Source: Acidobacteriota bacterium (GTDB lineage Bacteria > Acidobacteriota > UBA6911 > JACQSX01). Taken from it: DNA of 64,000 nucleotides. How positions within the stretch are numbered: the stretch's first letter is position 1; every line of letters begins with the position of its first letter. A program made the position numbers and the translations under genes. Positions 46,047-55,274 of this stretch are shown here, piece after piece. Location of the stretch: assembly GCA_016211105.1 (NCBI GenBank), contig JACQSX010000038.1:12876-76875 (forward strand), read 5' to 3'. Below the pieces are notes generated by a model. It did not search any database. It had not been told where the DNA came from and saw nothing but the letters and a program-made list of their open reading frames with translations.

Positions 46047-46628
46047 GTGGCAAACGCCGCATGGAAAGCATTCCTTGCCGTCTGCATCGCCGCTCTGCCC
46101 TTGGCAACAACGAGCATAGATGCGCAAGCACAAGAAGCAGCAACGGAGGGGACAACCCGCCTGGATTTGAGTTTTGAAACGGCAAGACCAGGCGACCGTG
46201 TGACGGTCTCGATCATACTCAAGGTCCCAGCATCGATTAAGATTGGAACCACGATAAACGAAATTACTTTCCCACATAAACTGCTCACCTTTGAGAGAGT
46301 AACCCAAGGGCTTTCGGCTGATCTGGCGACAGCAATGGTGAGCGCCAACGTAAAAGCGGATGAGAGAGATCCGGAGAAATCCATCGTGACGGTGACGGTA
46401 ACCGGCAAAAAGGGAGACGCGATCCCCGGCGGAGTGGTCGCCAATCTCGCTTTCAAAGTTTCCGAGCAGGCTCCTCTTGAACAGTCCATCGCGCTTGACA
46501 ACAAGGCGAGCGCTTTCACTGCCGAGGACCTAGCGCAACCGGTGGATCCCATTGCCGGAAGGTCGGGAGAAATAAAAATCGCTGAGACTGCGCCTGTAAT
46601 TTTCAGTTGTTTCTTTTATATGCATTGA
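46047..46628 (+). CDS. Secreted protein, cohesin-like beta-sandwich domain (tentative)
   Basis: GTG start with an AAGGAG SD. The signal peptide is 'MANAAWKAFLAVCIAALPLATTSIDAQA'. 'GDRVTVSIILKVPASIKIGTTINEITFPHKLLTFERV' resembles cohesin-type modules. The C-terminal end 'APVIFSCFFYMH' is unusual. Confidence 0.45.
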   Translation: MANAAWKAFLAVCIAALPLATTSIDAQAQEAATEGTTRLDLSFETARPGDRVTVSIILKVPASIKIGTTINEITFPHKLLTFERVTQGLSADLATAMVSANVKADERDPEKSIVTVTVTGKKGDAIPGGVVANLAFKVSEQAPLEQSIALDNKASAFTAEDLAQPVDPIAGRSGEIKIAETAPVIFSCFFYMH

Positions 46629-46656
46629 CCGGCAAGCCGGCCGAGCCACGCGCATA

Positions 46657-46777
46657 AGAACGTGTGAAAAATTGGCATACCATCCCTGCCGCGCCAGGCT
46701 ATCGCGACTGTAGAGACGCCCCGGCGGGGCGTCTCTACGAACCGATGAGATCGATTTCGAATTTTTTCACACGTTCT
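46657..46777. mobile_element. MITE-like element, copy C
   Basis: 121 bp. The terminal inverted repeats are AGAACGTGTGAAAAA and TTTTTCACACGTTCT. The central stem-loop GTAGAGACGCCCC-GGC-GGGGCGTCTCTAC lies at 46710-46738. Confidence 0.7.
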
Positions 46778-47082
46778 AAGCAAGCGGACTCGCAATGTGT
46801 CAGTTCTGCGGCTACCGTTACCTGATAGGCTAAGGAAAATTCTGTGGTGCAGTGAATGCAAGATAATCGGCTGGCGAGTTTGCGCAGTTGGTGTGGAACT
46901 GGGCGGAAAGCCATATTCTCCATGACTGACACGACTGCGTCTGGCGAGAATATGCAAACATCTTGACTTCGTCTATTCCGGCGGCGAATCGATACATCGA
47001 GAGTCCGCTTGCTTACGCTCGCGGCTCGGCGGCTGTGCTAAACAGAGTAGAGCCTGGACCGGCCCAGAAACACTTCTGCACC

Positions 47083-48048
47083 TCAGTTGGCTTTCTCTGT
47101 GCCGCTGTATCTCTCCCGCTCCAGATCGAGTTCGGTTTTCAGCCCAATGGCGTGCAACGCCTCGTTGGCCTCTTCCAAGGAGGTGCTGTGCTTCAAAGCC
47201 TGCGCCGGGCGTGACAGGATCTGTAGGATAATCGTGGGCGACATAAAGAATGTGAGGGTGGTCAAAGGTGTAAGTTTGACTCTTCTCTTCCCCTGGCGAA
47301 TTTTCTTCTCTCCCCAGGCGCCGCGGGCGCATTCCACCGGGATGGCGCTGGCCTCGGTGGGAACTTTTTGAATGACCTCCTCCAATTGGGAAACCATTTT
47401 ACCTGTCATGCCCCAGGCTCCCAACAGACCTCCGGCCCTGGTCACCTTCTGGAGAGCAGCTTCAAGCTCGTCGGTTGTCATCTCCCCATCGCTTCCATAA
47501 CCGAAGACAGCCCACAAGGCCCGTACTCCTCTCTGTTCCAGTTCGGCGTAAGCCGCAAGCATGATGGAGTCGGCCAACGGGCTGTGGAGTCCCGCCTCAT
47601 CGCCTTGCGCCAACGAATCGCCTCCCACATCAACTCCGACCAGCAGATCGGCCCGGAGTTCCTTCAAGGCCGCTCTCAATCCTTCCACCGCGCCCTTCAC
47701 TCCTCCGTTGAGGTCAACAAGGAGGGTATCGCGGCCAATAATCGCGGCCATCTTGGACTCGGCGAAGGGAACACCGGTGAAGGTGCGGCTGTTGGGATTG
47801 GCGAACCAAGCACGGGGATGGAGAGGGCGCACCTCTTGGACTTCTCTCAGAGAACGCGGGCCGGGAACCGGGTCGTGGACGAAGCGTTCCCAGGAAAGGC
47901 CTCCGAGTTCGAATTCCAGGCCGCAGAACTCGAGGAATCGAGCCGCCACCAGGGCGCCGACGACATCTCCACCCCCGCCCACACCGAGGACAAGGGCGCG
48001 TGAAGAAGAGCACACCAGATCTTCCAGAGAAACAACCGATGGCTTCAT
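47083..48048 (-). CDS. DUF1152-like uncharacterised protein
   Basis: 321 aa. The N-terminal 'ALVLGVGGGGDVVGALVAA' and the later 'VGVDVGGDSLA' match my memory of the DUF1152 family. No assignable function. Confidence 0.5.
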   Translation of the reverse strand: MKPSVVSLEDLVCSSSRALVLGVGGGGDVVGALVAARFLEFCGLEFELGGLSWERFVHDPVPGPRSLREVQEVRPLHPRAWFANPNSRTFTGVPFAESKMAAIIGRDTLLVDLNGGVKGAVEGLRAALKELRADLLVGVDVGGDSLAQGDEAGLHSPLADSIMLAAYAELEQRGVRALWAVFGYGSDGEMTTDELEAALQKVTRAGGLLGAWGMTGKMVSQLEEVIQKVPTEASAIPVECARGAWGEKKIRQGKRRVKLTPLTTLTFFMSPTIILQILSRPAQALKHSTSLEEANEALHAIGLKTELDLERERYSGTEKAN

Positions 48049-48103
48049 CGGTCAGGCCGGAAGCCCCGGGATCGTCGACGATTTTTAGGTCTGACAGCGT
48101 GGT

Positions 48104-48337
48104 TCATTCGACTTCGGAAGTGTCGCCGACCAATGTATTGCTAGAGGAGATAGATAGCAAGCCAAAAGGAAGTACGTGCCGGCGTTCAATGAAAATTTCC
48201 TGCTCTCCGCCGAAACGCAAACGGCTGCTACCCATCAAAACGAGTTTCCACCACGACTTTTCCTTTGGGTGAACGTCGAATTCGTTACTCTGCCAGAAGC
48301 CGCAAGAACCGATTCTGAAACAGGAGTGTGAAGCCAT
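48104..48337 (-). CDS. Possible small hypothetical protein
   Basis: 77-aa ORF from ATG 48337 with AAGAGGA 9 nt upstream. It lies in the 627-bp divergent intergenic region. No motif recognised. Confidence 0.25.
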   Translation of the reverse strand: MASHSCFRIGSCGFWQSNEFDVHPKEKSWWKLVLMGSSRLRFGGEQEIFIERRHVLPFGLLSISSSNTLVGDTSEVE

Positions 48338-48675
48338 CGTCAAGATCCTCTTACTGCGCAAGGAAAGCACTGGTTTCTGGGTTTTTACTTGTCAGCTCTC
48401 TACCTTAAGGGCTATTCTTGGCCCGGCAGAAGAAACAATTTCCTGTCTCTTATTTCTGGGCTGTGTCAGGGCTACGTGGTGCGATCGGGTGCCGCCTTGA
48501 ACATCGTGGCCCCGATCTTCCGGTTACGTGGCCGAGAGTGCACAGATCGGCGGGCCGCGGTCGTACAGGTCCCGGCCAGAATCGGCTGAGCGCGCGGCTT
48601 CCCCTCGCGCCCTCCCGACACCGAGTGGGGACACTCCCAGAAGAGACTGTCGTAATGTTCCAAGGAGCCGAGACT

Positions 48676-49950
48676 ATGGACCCCAAGACCCGCACCGAGA
48701 TCCTCGCTGCAGTGGAGGCCCGACAGGACGAGGTCGTGACGTTTCTCCAAAGCCTGATCCAGCATGACAGTGTTACCGGGAATGAATCCAGCATCCAGGC
48801 CTCCATAGCCCGGACGCTGGACGGATTAGGGCTGACGGTCGATCAATTTGAGCCAGATCCGAGCGCACTGCGTCATTTCCCTGGGTTTGTAGAGCCAGAG
48901 AAACCTTTTGCGGGCAGGCCGAACGTAGTGGGCGTATGGAAAGGCCGGGGCGGCGGCCGATCGATCCTGCTCAACGGCCACGTCGACACTGTCCCCCTGG
49001 AGCCAATCAACGAATGGGTCCTCGGGCCGCTGTCAGGAGTCGTCGCGGATGGCAGGGTGTGGGGACGAGGCGCTTCGGACATGAAGGGCGGAGTAGCGGC
49101 CATGACCATGGCGGTTTCGATCCTGCGCGCCATGGGCTTCCAGCCCCACGGCGACATCACCCTCGAGTACGTCGTGGACGAAGAGCGGACAGGGCTAGGA
49201 ACGCTGGCCTGCGTGCACCGGGGGTATACGGCAGACGCAGGGATTTGCTGCGAGACCAGCGATCTGGAGGTCATGCCCGCGTGCATTGGGCGCATGTGGT
49301 TCACGATCCACCTGCGCGGCAAGCCTGCCGGCATCTCGGCACGGTGGGAAGGTGTAAGCGCCATCGACAAAGCAATCAAACTCGTCGCGGCGGTGGAAGA
49401 TCTGGAAGCCATGCGCATCGAGGATCTCCGCCACTCGCTCTATCCCAACAACCGGGGAGCCCTCCCCTGCGCAGTAACCATGTTTCACTCAGGGACATTC
49501 CCGAGCATCACGCCAGAGAGAGCCACCCTCCGCGGGAGCATGGGCCTGATGCCCTATGAGGATCCAGCACACGTCGAGGCACAGCTCAGAGAGCAGATCA
49601 TGCGAATCTGTATCGCGGACCCGTGGCTGAGAAACAATCCTCCTGAACTGACCACTGCGGGGGGCTACGTCGCTGCCGGAGCGGAGATCTCGGCCAACCA
49701 CCCGATCGTGGAGACAGTCAGGCGCTCATTCCAGGCGGTGACGACTCGGGAGCCAGTGCTGAGCGGCCGCATGGGCGCTTCTGACACCCGCTTCCTGATT
49801 CGAGAGGGGCACACACCAACCGTAATCTTCGGCCCCGGAGTAACAAGCCAGATGCACGCCATGAACGAGTACGTGCCTGTGGACAACTTAGTGATCGCCA
49901 CCAAAGTGATCGCGCTAGCCATCTATGACTGGTGCAATCAGTCCCGGTAG
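48676..49950 (+). CDS. M20-family metallopeptidase/deacylase (ArgE/DapE-like)
   Basis: Start chosen at ATG 48676 (AAGGAG 8 nt upstream). It has 'LLNGHVDTVPLEP', 'GRGASDMKGGVAAM' and 'VVDEERTG'. Confidence 0.85.
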   Translation: MDPKTRTEILAAVEARQDEVVTFLQSLIQHDSVTGNESSIQASIARTLDGLGLTVDQFEPDPSALRHFPGFVEPEKPFAGRPNVVGVWKGRGGGRSILLNGHVDTVPLEPINEWVLGPLSGVVADGRVWGRGASDMKGGVAAMTMAVSILRAMGFQPHGDITLEYVVDEERTGLGTLACVHRGYTADAGICCETSDLEVMPACIGRMWFTIHLRGKPAGISARWEGVSAIDKAIKLVAAVEDLEAMRIEDLRHSLYPNNRGALPCAVTMFHSGTFPSITPERATLRGSMGLMPYEDPAHVEAQLREQIMRICIADPWLRNNPPELTTAGGYVAAGAEISANHPIVETVRRSFQAVTTREPVLSGRMGASDTRFLIREGHTPTVIFGPGVTSQMHAMNEYVPVDNLVIATKVIALAIYDWCNQSR

Positions 49951-50216
49951 CCCCCGACAACGCCAGAGGGATCGAAGAGGACTGGGATCCGGGACACTGT
50001 TAAATCCACACGCAAGAATTTTCTTGACTGAGGATAAGGCGTGAGAGTACGGTGGGCCCCATATCCTAAATTTTCAAGATACGGCGCCTATTGTTTAGCC
50101 GCCTGTGCCTCATGCATGAGAACGCACAGACAGGGGGTGGGGTTCATCAATGAACGCTCTTCTGTATCTTCTGAAAAACTGGGAGAGTTTATCAAATGAG
50201 AGATGGAGGAGGCTGT

Positions 50217-51848
50217 ATGGCTAGAAGTAAAGGTTCTATTTTGAGACCCAAGGGGTCTCTATTTTATGGCAGTGCAATACTGACTGCCTTTCTTCTGTTG
50301 GTCGTTGTGAACTGTGGGCGCCAGAAAGAAGCACGCCAGGAGGAATATCCGAAGCCCCGATTTCCCAAGTACTTGGTAAACCCCAGCAAGGAAGCTCTGC
50401 TGGAGGCAGCTCGCATCGCGGTCCGTCAGACCGGCGGGATGAGCCCACTGGGGAAGATGCAAAGCGGGCAGACCGTGTATGTGCTCCTTCAGTGGGGCCA
50501 GGATCCGCAGGTCTGGGAAGCCATGAAACAAGCCTGGACCGAGAGAGGCGTTACAGCACGAGAGATGTGGATGTGGGACGCCATGGGGATGAGCAAGAAG
50601 GAATATGAGAAGAACGTGCAGGAGAGCTTGATGCACGGCAATGAGGGTTGGAAGGAGCTTGGCAATTTCGAGCCCCAGTACAGACAGTTTTTTCCCGAGG
50701 AGGTTCGGAAGCAATTTATGGAGCCTCTGGGGGACGGATATATAAGAAGTCACTATCTTTTGGTGCCCTATTTGGACAAGCATCCTGAAATAGAGCACAT
50801 CTATGCCGGAGGCGGTGGCAATTGGGTTGGAGCGATCGGTGAAAAGCACGCAAAAAAGTACATGGGCCACTGGCTTTACATTTATCTCCACGACTTGCTG
50901 TCGAAGGCTCCTGAGTTTCCACCGGATGTGTGGAATTTGGTCGAGGAAAAAATCCTGGAGCCAACCTCCTTTGTCTCCGAAGTCACTTTTCAAGACCCGC
51001 AAGGGACCAACCTGCATTGGACTCTGACCCCGGAAGAAGCAAAGTATTGGGCAAACTCCCGGAACCAATCAGATAATGCCTCCAATCACATTAATATCTA
51101 TCCCAATCCCTTGCACTCCACACTGAGTGAAGGAGCTGTGGTTGTAGCCACCGCCAACCATACCGGGCATTTTGCGCAGATGTCCGCCTATCTGAGCAAA
51201 CACGGCAATATCGAGCGACTGGAGGGGGGAGGTAAGGTTGGGGATCTGTTTCGCATGCTGGTGGAGCATCCGACGCTAAAAAACGCCAAATTTCCGGGGT
51301 CTCCTGAGCCGGGTTACTGGTTTGTCCGCCAGGACGGCTTTGCTACCAACCCCAAGTATGTTCGAAATATGAAGCCCTTGTTGGAAGGCGACCCTTGGTT
51401 GGGCAATCTAATGGAACGACAGCGTGCGGGTGTTCAGCATTTGGCCTTTGCCTACAACATCCAAGAACCCCAGGATAAGGAGTATGCCAAGACACTGGGG
51501 TTGAATGATATGCTGTGGGCCCATACTGCCCACATGCATGTTTATTTCCCCACGATCCGGTGGAAGCTAAGAGACACAGGTGAGTGGATCACGATTGGCG
51601 ACAAGGGATACGTCAAAACGTTTGATGACCCGGAGGTGCGCGCGTTAGGGGCACGGTACGGCGATCCGGATCTACTTTTCCGATACGAGTGGATTCCCGC
51701 AATTCCTGGAGTCAATGTGGCCGGTGACTACCAAAAAGACTTCGCGCCCGATCCCTGGAACTGGATGTTGAAGGAATGGGAAAAAATCCGTGCAGGCACG
51801 TATGAATATTACATCGACAACTACTCTGTGAAAGGCTCGCCGATGTGA
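50217..51848 (+). CDS. Lipoprotein of unknown function (543 aa)
   Basis: Start taken at ATG 50217 (GGAGGAGG SD). The lipobox-like signal is 'ILTAFLLLVVVNCG'. The rest is Trp/Tyr/His-rich. I cannot assign a family with confidence. Confidence 0.6.
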   Translation: MARSKGSILRPKGSLFYGSAILTAFLLLVVVNCGRQKEARQEEYPKPRFPKYLVNPSKEALLEAARIAVRQTGGMSPLGKMQSGQTVYVLLQWGQDPQVWEAMKQAWTERGVTAREMWMWDAMGMSKKEYEKNVQESLMHGNEGWKELGNFEPQYRQFFPEEVRKQFMEPLGDGYIRSHYLLVPYLDKHPEIEHIYAGGGGNWVGAIGEKHAKKYMGHWLYIYLHDLLSKAPEFPPDVWNLVEEKILEPTSFVSEVTFQDPQGTNLHWTLTPEEAKYWANSRNQSDNASNHINIYPNPLHSTLSEGAVVVATANHTGHFAQMSAYLSKHGNIERLEGGGKVGDLFRMLVEHPTLKNAKFPGSPEPGYWFVRQDGFATNPKYVRNMKPLLEGDPWLGNLMERQRAGVQHLAFAYNIQEPQDKEYAKTLGLNDMLWAHTAHMHVYFPTIRWKLRDTGEWITIGDKGYVKTFDDPEVRALGARYGDPDLLFRYEWIPAIPGVNVAGDYQKDFAPDPWNWMLKEWEKIRAGTYEYYIDNYSVKGSPM

Positions 51849-51884
51849 CAAAGATAATGATAATAAAGATAATAGAGATAAGGA

Positions 51885-52045
51885 TCGCAGCCTGCGCGTC
51901 AGAACTGTGGTAAGACGAGCGTGGTCAAAGGCATTCGTTTGACTTATCTCTTGTCTTGGCGAATTTTCTTTTCGCGCCCGGCTCGGCCTGCGCATCCGAT
52001 CACTATCACGCAGGCTTCGGTGGGTACTTTTCGAGCAACGTGCTG
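51885..52045 (-). pseudogene. Remnant of a DUF1152-like paralogue
   Basis: The minus-strand translation 'KVPTEACVIVIGCAGRAGREKKIRQDKR*VKRMPLTT' parallels 'KVPTEASAIPVECARGAWGEKKIRQGKRRVKLTPLTT' of the gene at 47083-48048. It contains an internal stop and deletions. Confidence 0.65.
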
Positions 52046-52126
52046 GTGCGCAAACTCCTCATCGGGCTTGTGCCTTCACTCGACGGTAGCAAAGGTTTTG
52101 ACCGACACCCGTGTTTCCTCATGGTC

Positions 52127-52246
52127 AGAACGTGAAAAAATTCGAAATGAGTACCATCGATTGGTAGTAGAGACGCCCCGGCGGGGCGTCTCTACGGCGT
52201 TGACCACCTGGCCTGGCACGGACGGTACGCCATTTTTTCACGTTCT
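52127..52246. mobile_element. MITE-like element, copy D (inverted relative to copy C)
   Basis: 120 bp. The TIRs are AGAACGTGAAAAAA and TTTTTTCACGTTCT. The central stem-loop at 52167-52195 is identical. The whole element aligns with the reverse complement of copy C. Confidence 0.7.
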
Positions 52247-52363
52247 CAGCCTCATACCTGCTCTTCGTCTTGATGGCAGCGCGCTTGTACTGGCCTACTC
52301 ACAGTCCTGGGGGCGATTCCTTATGTTGACACGATCGTTCATGTTGGATAGCATCCGGCGAGA

Positions 52364-53335
52364 TTGGGAGGTCTTGAGTTGAAGCCCGGGGATTTTGTTG
52401 AGGCCAGACGGAGGCTTGAAATCAAGCCTGCTGTCACCGGAGAAAAACTGACCACGGTCGGCGAGGCGGTCCAGCGTGTGAAAGACGGCGATCACATTGC
52501 TATTGGTGGCTGCCTTTTCTCGCGTACCCCCTTGGGCCTGCTCATGGAAGTCTTGCGCCAGAACAAACGTAGCCTCACGCTTTCGCGGAATTTGATGTGC
52601 TATGAAGGCGAATGGTTCATGGCCGCAGGCGCGGTGGAAGCTCTGGTCACAAGTTGGTTCGGTATTGGTCTTCCGTGGGGCTTGTCAAAGATCCTCCGTG
52701 AACGCGTTGAAAACGCAAGAATCCGCTTCGAGGAATGGAGCCATCTGGGACTGGGACTGCGCTACCGGGCTGCGGCCATGGGAGTCCCGTTTCTGCCGAC
52801 GGTCACGATGCTGGGCTCCGATCTCATGGCGGTGACACCGGCAAAGACGATGCAGTGCCCTTTTACGGGCCAAACCCTTTGTCTTGTTCCCGCCCTTTTT
52901 CCAGACGTGGCGCTCCTCCACGTGCACCGGGCTGACCGCTTCGGCAATTGCCAAATTGACGGCTATCCCCACATGGACGCGGATATCGCGCGCGCAGCCA
53001 CCACCGTACTGGTCACGGCCGAAAAAATAGTTCCGGAGGAGGAAATTCGAAGCCATCCCGACCGCACCGTACTTCCAGGTATGGTAGTAGATGCTGTCGT
53101 TGAAGTACCCTACGGCGCCTTCCCGCACGAGTGCTACGGCCTTTACGAAGCCGATTTTTCGCACTTCGACACCTATGTGACTAAGATTAAGGCCAAAGGA
53201 ACTGAGGCAGTGCAAGAATATCTCGACCGCTATGTCCATGGAACGAGAAGGCATGAGGAGTATCTGGCTCTCTTCGGGGAGGAAGCACTCCGTCGCCAAT
53301 CCCGTTACGCTCGCGAGCTGGCAGGAAGATCATGA
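52364..53335 (+). CDS. CoA-transferase subunit A (glutaconate-CoA-transferase-like)
   Basis: 'AVQRVKDGDHIAIGGCLFSRTPLGLLMEVLRQ' is typical of family I CoA-transferase A subunits. The TTG start is uncertain. Confidence 0.75.
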   Translation: MGGLELKPGDFVEARRRLEIKPAVTGEKLTTVGEAVQRVKDGDHIAIGGCLFSRTPLGLLMEVLRQNKRSLTLSRNLMCYEGEWFMAAGAVEALVTSWFGIGLPWGLSKILRERVENARIRFEEWSHLGLGLRYRAAAMGVPFLPTVTMLGSDLMAVTPAKTMQCPFTGQTLCLVPALFPDVALLHVHRADRFGNCQIDGYPHMDADIARAATTVLVTAEKIVPEEEIRSHPDRTVLPGMVVDAVVEVPYGAFPHECYGLYEADFSHFDTYVTKIKAKGTEAVQEYLDRYVHGTRRHEEYLALFGEEALRRQSRYARELAGRS

Positions 53336-54129
53336 ACTACTCCCCTTCCGAGCTGCTTGCCATTGCGGCCGCACGCGAGCTTGCCGGAGTTACCTCGGTG
53401 TTTGCCGGGGTGGGAATCCCGTTGCTGTCAGCCGTCTTGGCCCAGAAAACCGTCGCGCCCGATCTCACAATTGTCGTCGAAGGGGGGACCATCGGCGCGC
53501 AACTGATTCCAGGCCGGCTGCCGATTTCTACCAACGAAATGAGAGTGGCCTACCGGGCTCAAATGCTTCCGGGGATCACTGACACCTTTCTGTTTGCCCA
53601 GCGAGGTTTTCTGGATATGGGCTTTGTCGGCGGCGCTCAAATCGACCGCTACGGCAACCTCAATTCCAGTGTTATGGGCGCCTACCAGGCTCCCAAAGTG
53701 CGGCTTCCCGGTAGCGGCGGCGCCAACGACATCGCCTCGCTGTGCCGTCGGGTGATTGTTGTGACCATGCATGAACGACGCCGCTTTGTGCCGCAAGTCG
53801 ATTTTCTGACAAGCCCCGGTTTTCTAAAAGGAGAAAACACCCGCCAGAAAGCAGGCCTCCTGTTCGGCCGGGTGAGTCGGGTGGTGACTCACCTCGGTAT
53901 TCTCGGCTTCGATGAAGAGACAAAGGCGATGCAACTAGAAAGCTTACATCCCGGCGTGTCGGTGCAAGACGTCGTTGACCATACCGGATTTGAACTGCGA
54001 ATCGTGGAGAAAGTGGCGATCACTGAACTTCCGACCGCGTCGGAGTTGGATCTGCTCCGCAGCCTGGATCCGGATGGCAGATACTTGGGCGACAGCCCCG
54101 CTCCAGCCTCTGCCCACAAAGACCATTAA
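53332..54129 (+). CDS. CoA-transferase subunit B
   Basis: It overlaps subunit A by 4 nt (ATGA). It has 'ELLAIAAARELAGVTSVFAGVGIPLL' and 'LPGSGGANDIAS'. Confidence 0.75.
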   Translation: MNYSPSELLAIAAARELAGVTSVFAGVGIPLLSAVLAQKTVAPDLTIVVEGGTIGAQLIPGRLPISTNEMRVAYRAQMLPGITDTFLFAQRGFLDMGFVGGAQIDRYGNLNSSVMGAYQAPKVRLPGSGGANDIASLCRRVIVVTMHERRRFVPQVDFLTSPGFLKGENTRQKAGLLFGRVSRVVTHLGILGFDEETKAMQLESLHPGVSVQDVVDHTGFELRIVEKVAITELPTASELDLLRSLDPDGRYLGDSPAPASAHKDH

Positions 54130-54150
54130 AGATCACTAGGGAACCTCAGC

Positions 54151-55110
54151 GTGGCGAACCGTCAAAAACCTATCACTTTCGGTTTTGCGATCAAGAACTT
54201 TGTAGGGCCCGAGGAGGCGCCGGATGTGGACGAAATCCTCCGTTACGCCGAACGCGCCGAGGCTCTGGGTCTGGAGTCGCTCTGGGCCTGGGACCACGTG
54301 CTGCTGGGAGTGAAGCCTGCCTTTCCGATTCTGGATTCTCTTTCCATCCTTACCGCCATTGCGATGAGGACCAGCCGGATCAAGTTGGGAACGGGCATCT
54401 TGGTCCTTCCGCTGCGCAACCCGGTCGTGCTTGCCAAAATTCTTGCAAGCCTGGATCAGATTTCCAAAGGGCGTCTCATTTTAGGGGCAGCCTCGGGATG
54501 GTACGCACGGGAGTTTGACGCGGTCGGTGTTCCATTCAAGCAGCGGGGCCGGATCTTCGACAGAAATCTGGAAATCTTGCTCCGGCTGTGGGAAGAACAC
54601 TCGGTAACTGCGCAGATGGACGAGCTCAATTTGCGAGAGGCGGTGCTTCTACCTAAGCCGTTCCAAAAGCCGCATCCTCCGGTCCTCATCGGAGGATATG
54701 CTGAAAAAGTCCTCCGTCGTGTAGCCCGGGTCGGGGATGGTTGGCTCACGTATTTTTATGCTCCCGATGCCTTCACGCAGTCATGGAAAAAGATCCGGGA
54801 GTACGCGCGCCAATATGGCCGCGACCCACGTACTTTAAGCGCGACCAACCAGTTAGCGATCTATGTCGGGCCGCAGAAGTCGGAAGCGGATCCACTCATG
54901 CGGCATTGGCTCGAGACTGAGTGGGATATAGCGGCGGGGAGTGACTCCACACTGGAGCATGCGATCCGAGGGACCGTCAAAGAGTGCGTCGATCAACTGC
55001 GAGCCCATGTCGAGACGGGTGTAGACCGGCTTATCCTTATCCCCTATCGTTACCAACCGGAACAGGTCGAACTCATTGCCGGAGAAGTGATCCCCCGGCT
55101 TATGCAATAG
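54151..55110 (+). CDS. Luciferase-like (LLM class) flavin/F420-dependent oxidoreductase
   Basis: 319 aa with a GTG start. It has 'LGLESLWAWDHV', 'LASLDQISKGRLILGAASGW' and 'HPPVLIGG'. Confidence 0.75.
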   Translation: MANRQKPITFGFAIKNFVGPEEAPDVDEILRYAERAEALGLESLWAWDHVLLGVKPAFPILDSLSILTAIAMRTSRIKLGTGILVLPLRNPVVLAKILASLDQISKGRLILGAASGWYAREFDAVGVPFKQRGRIFDRNLEILLRLWEEHSVTAQMDELNLREAVLLPKPFQKPHPPVLIGGYAEKVLRRVARVGDGWLTYFYAPDAFTQSWKKIREYARQYGRDPRTLSATNQLAIYVGPQKSEADPLMRHWLETEWDIAAGSDSTLEHAIRGTVKECVDQLRAHVETGVDRLILIPYRYQPEQVELIAGEVIPRLMQ

Positions 55111-55274
55111 AGAAACTCCGTTGTGGTCCGTCACGCTATTGCGGATTTCAGATCGGCAACAATATGCTTGACCCATCAGGTGGCTCGCACGAGAATGTGG
55201 TTACAGCTATGGCAGTTGCTCAACGCGATAACCCCGGAAAAGTTTCCGGACCAAAACAAGGGTGAGCAATCTTT

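Noticed and set aside
46590-46628. Whether the C-terminal 'APVIFSCFFYMH' of the cohesin-like protein is a sorting signal (PEP-CTERM-like or similar).
   Set aside because: It is too short for a transmembrane anchor, lacks the PEP motif and the basic tail, and there is no exosortase or sortase gene nearby. The observation stands, but I cannot support a sorting-signal call.
48418-48675. The 86-codon N-terminal extension of the M20 peptidase ORF. Similar upstream extensions occur at 5318-5374, 27443-27529, 33743-33919, 35602-35649 and 21850-22014.
   Set aside because: The extensions are Arg/Gly-rich or overlap repeats or neighbouring genes. Internal ATGs are preceded by good SD sequences and give N-termini (signal peptides or conserved starts) that match the protein families.
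51849-51885. A GATAA/GATAAT-rich low-complexity tract (AAGATAATGATAATAAAGATAATAGAGATAAGGAT) immediately after the lipoprotein gene stop.
   Set aside because: It is short and imperfect and sits at the edge of the decayed DUF1152 remnant. It is most simply degenerate or slippage sequence. I found no second copy in the window to support a regulatory motif.
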